Notes under the pieces: generated by a model
The model's input: only the letters and a program-made list of their open reading frames with translations
What the model was told of the DNA's origin: nothing
Databases searched by the model: none
Position numbers and translations under genes: made by a program
Part shown: positions 62,198 to 64,000 of the stretch, piece by piece
How positions within the stretch are numbered: position 1 is the first letter of the stretch
Layout of the letters: the number at the start of each line of letters is the position of its first letter
Assembly: GCA_044344255.1 (NCBI GenBank)
Contig: JBIJDH010000010.1
Coordinates: 64,001-128,000 of the forward strand
DNA from: Myxococcota bacterium
GTDB lineage: Bacteria > Myxococcota_A > UBA796 > UBA2385
Length of the DNA: 64,000 nt
Direction: 5' to 3'

Positions 62198-63616
62198 TCA
62201 CACCAACCCGTCCAGGTCGATGTACCGCTCCGCCACCTCCGCGAGCGCCGCGAACGTAGCGGCCTCGGTCGCCTCGACGGGAACCCCTTCGTCGAGCCCC
62301 CGACGCGCGCGCAGCACCCCGACGAGGGCCGCGCGGACCTCCGCGCCGTCGAGCGCCCCGTGAACGTAAGTGCCGGCGACCAGGCCCACGATCGCGCCCT
62401 CCGGATCGTCCAACGCCAGGAATGGCGCCCCGCCCTCCACTCGCGTGCGCCCCTCGTGGATCTCGTAGCCCTCCACCGGCAGCCCCGCCGGGAGCAGCCA
62501 GCCGCCCGTCGTGACGCCGCGCACCGGCCGCACCCGCTTCTCCGAGGCGTACACCGTCGTGACCGGCAGCAACGAGAGCCCCGCCTCCGCGCCAAGGTGC
62601 GCGCCGAGCATCTGGTAGCCGCCGCAGAGCCCGAGCACGGGGATACCACGAGCGGCCGCGGCCACCACCACGCGGTCGAGCCCGCGGGCGCGCATCCACC
62701 GGAGATCGGCCACCGTGTCGCGACTGCCCGGGAGCACGAGGAGGTCGGGGTTGCCCACCGCACCTGCGTCCTGGACGTACCGCACCCCCACCCCTGCCGT
62801 GCGCGCCAGCGCGTCGAGGTCGGTCGTGTTGGCGACGGTGGGGAGTCGAAGCACACACACGTCGAGCGTCCCCACGTGGGAGCGTAGGGTGGCGGCGTCT
62901 TCTTCTTCGACGAGGAGGTCTCCCCGGTGGGGCACGACGCCGCGGACGCGCACCCCGGCGAGGGCCTCGAAGGGCGCGAGGCCGGGCCGCAGGGAGTCGG
63001 GATCTCCACGGAAGCGGTTCACGACGAGCCCGGCGACCCGCGCGCGGTCCTCCGGCGCCAGGAGCATCAGCGTGCCATAGAGGCTGGCGAAGACCCCGCC
63101 GAGGTCGATGTCACCCACCAGCAACACGGAGGCGTCCGCGTGGCGCGCCATCTCCATGTTGGCCATGTCGCCGCGCAGGTTGATCTCTGCGGGTGACCCC
63201 GCTCCCTCGATCACCACGATGTCCGCGGTGTGCGCGAGGCGCGCGTAGGCGGCGGTGACCTCCCCCCAGAGCTCGGCGCGGGCGGCCTGATAGGCGTCCG
63301 CGCGCATGGGGCCGCGCGAGCGCCCACACACCACCACGTCGGCGCCGGAGAGCCCCATCGGCTTGAGCAGGAGCGGGTTCATGTCGACCGTCGGCGCCCG
63401 GCCGGCCGCCCGGGCCTGCACCGCCTGCGCGCGCCCGATCTCGCCCCAGCCGTGCGGCCCCAGCGCGGGCGCCGCGTTGTTGCTCATGTTCCACGCCTTG
63501 AACGGCGCGACGGCCATGCCCCGACGCGCGAGCGCGGCGCAGAGGGCGGTCGCGACCCAGGACTTGCCGACGCCGCTGGCGGTGCCTTGGATCATGATCG
63601 CGGGGGGCAGGTGCAT
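62198..63616 (-). CDS. cobQ: Cobyric acid synthase
   Basis: IMIQGTASGVGKS, PFKAWNMSNN, MNPLLLKP, EGAGSPAEINL, GLCGGYQMLG, GYEIH and GTYVHG. Confidence 0.95.
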   Translation of the reverse strand: MHLPPAIMIQGTASGVGKSWVATALCAALARRGMAVAPFKAWNMSNNAAPALGPHGWGEIGRAQAVQARAAGRAPTVDMNPLLLKPMGLSGADVVVCGRSRGPMRADAYQAARAELWGEVTAAYARLAHTADIVVIEGAGSPAEINLRGDMANMEMARHADASVLLVGDIDLGGVFASLYGTLMLLAPEDRARVAGLVVNRFRGDPDSLRPGLAPFEALAGVRVRGVVPHRGDLLVEEEDAATLRSHVGTLDVCVLRLPTVANTTDLDALARTAGVGVRYVQDAGAVGNPDLLVLPGSRDTVADLRWMRARGLDRVVVAAAARGIPVLGLCGGYQMLGAHLGAEAGLSLLPVTTVYASEKRVRPVRGVTTGGWLLPAGLPVEGYEIHEGRTRVEGGAPFLALDDPEGAIVGLVAGTYVHGALDGAEVRAALVGVLRARRGLDEGVPVEATEAATFAALAEVAERYIDLDGLV

Positions 63617-63624
63617 GGCGGCGG

Positions 63625-64000
63625 TCAGGTAGGCCGGCTCCGATGAGACGGCAAACGCGCGCAGGCCCCCACAAACGCGTCCGCCATCCCCCCGTTCGAC
63701 CCGAAGTGCGCGTGTACGTACGTCCCGAGCACCCGCCCCTTCGCCCAGCCCTCCACCCCGGCGCCGCCCCACCCCCTGGTCTCGAACACGGGCGCGAGCG
63801 CGGTCGCTGCGAGCTCGGAGTGGTGAAATTCGTGCCCCTTCCAGCGAGTCCCCACCGGCCCGAAGAGGGTCTCCGCCGTCGTGACCACCTCGCGGTAGCC
63901 AAATGAGCGGAGCGCCGAAGTCATTCGCGTCGTGAGCGGCAGGACGCCGCACATGGGGTGCAGGCCGGCGGCGTCCTCGAGGGAGTCACCCAGGTACATC
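63625..64000 (-). CDS. cobB: Cobyrinate a,c-diamide synthase, C-terminal fragment (runs off the right edge)
   Basis: MYLG, GYREV, GHEFHHS and TYVHAHF glutaminase-domain motifs; directly upstream of cobQ. Confidence 0.85.
   Translation of the reverse strand, partial: MYLGDSLEDAAGLHPMCGVLPLTTRMTSALRSFGYREVVTTAETLFGPVGTRWKGHEFHHSELAATALAPVFETRGWGGAGVEGWAKGRVLGTYVHAHFGSNGGMADAFVGACARLPSHRSRPT

Overview
High-GC bacterial chromosomal segment, most likely from a Myxococcota-type (delta-proteobacterial) organism. This is inferred from a MYXO-CTERM-like tail, MopE-type Cys/Asp repeats, two CRTAC1/ASPIC-UnbV proteins and many lipoproteins with Asp/Gly/Thr linkers. It holds about 55 genes: housekeeping and metabolic genes (3-hydroxyacyl-CoA dehydrogenase/hydratase, thiolase, monomeric icd, desaturase, FadL, cobQ/cobB, NCS2 permease) mixed with secreted or lipoprotein genes. 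I saw no rRNA, tRNA, CRISPR array, transposase or integrase. Four observations stand out. (1) A ClpA-like double-AAA+ protein with a ClpP-docking IGF motif is fused to a release-factor-2-like module lacking GGQ and SPF. (2) A 7x8-bp repeat directly after an RBS-bearing ATG puts a secreted-protein gene out of frame, which suggests a phase-variable surface operon. (3) An output-less Cache-HAMP sensor is translationally coupled to a prokaryotic pentameric ligand-gated ion channel. (4) An intergenic array contains nine 21-bp units, eight with C(UUCG)G hairpins. All family calls come from reading motifs by eye, not from database searches, and many start codons are best guesses.
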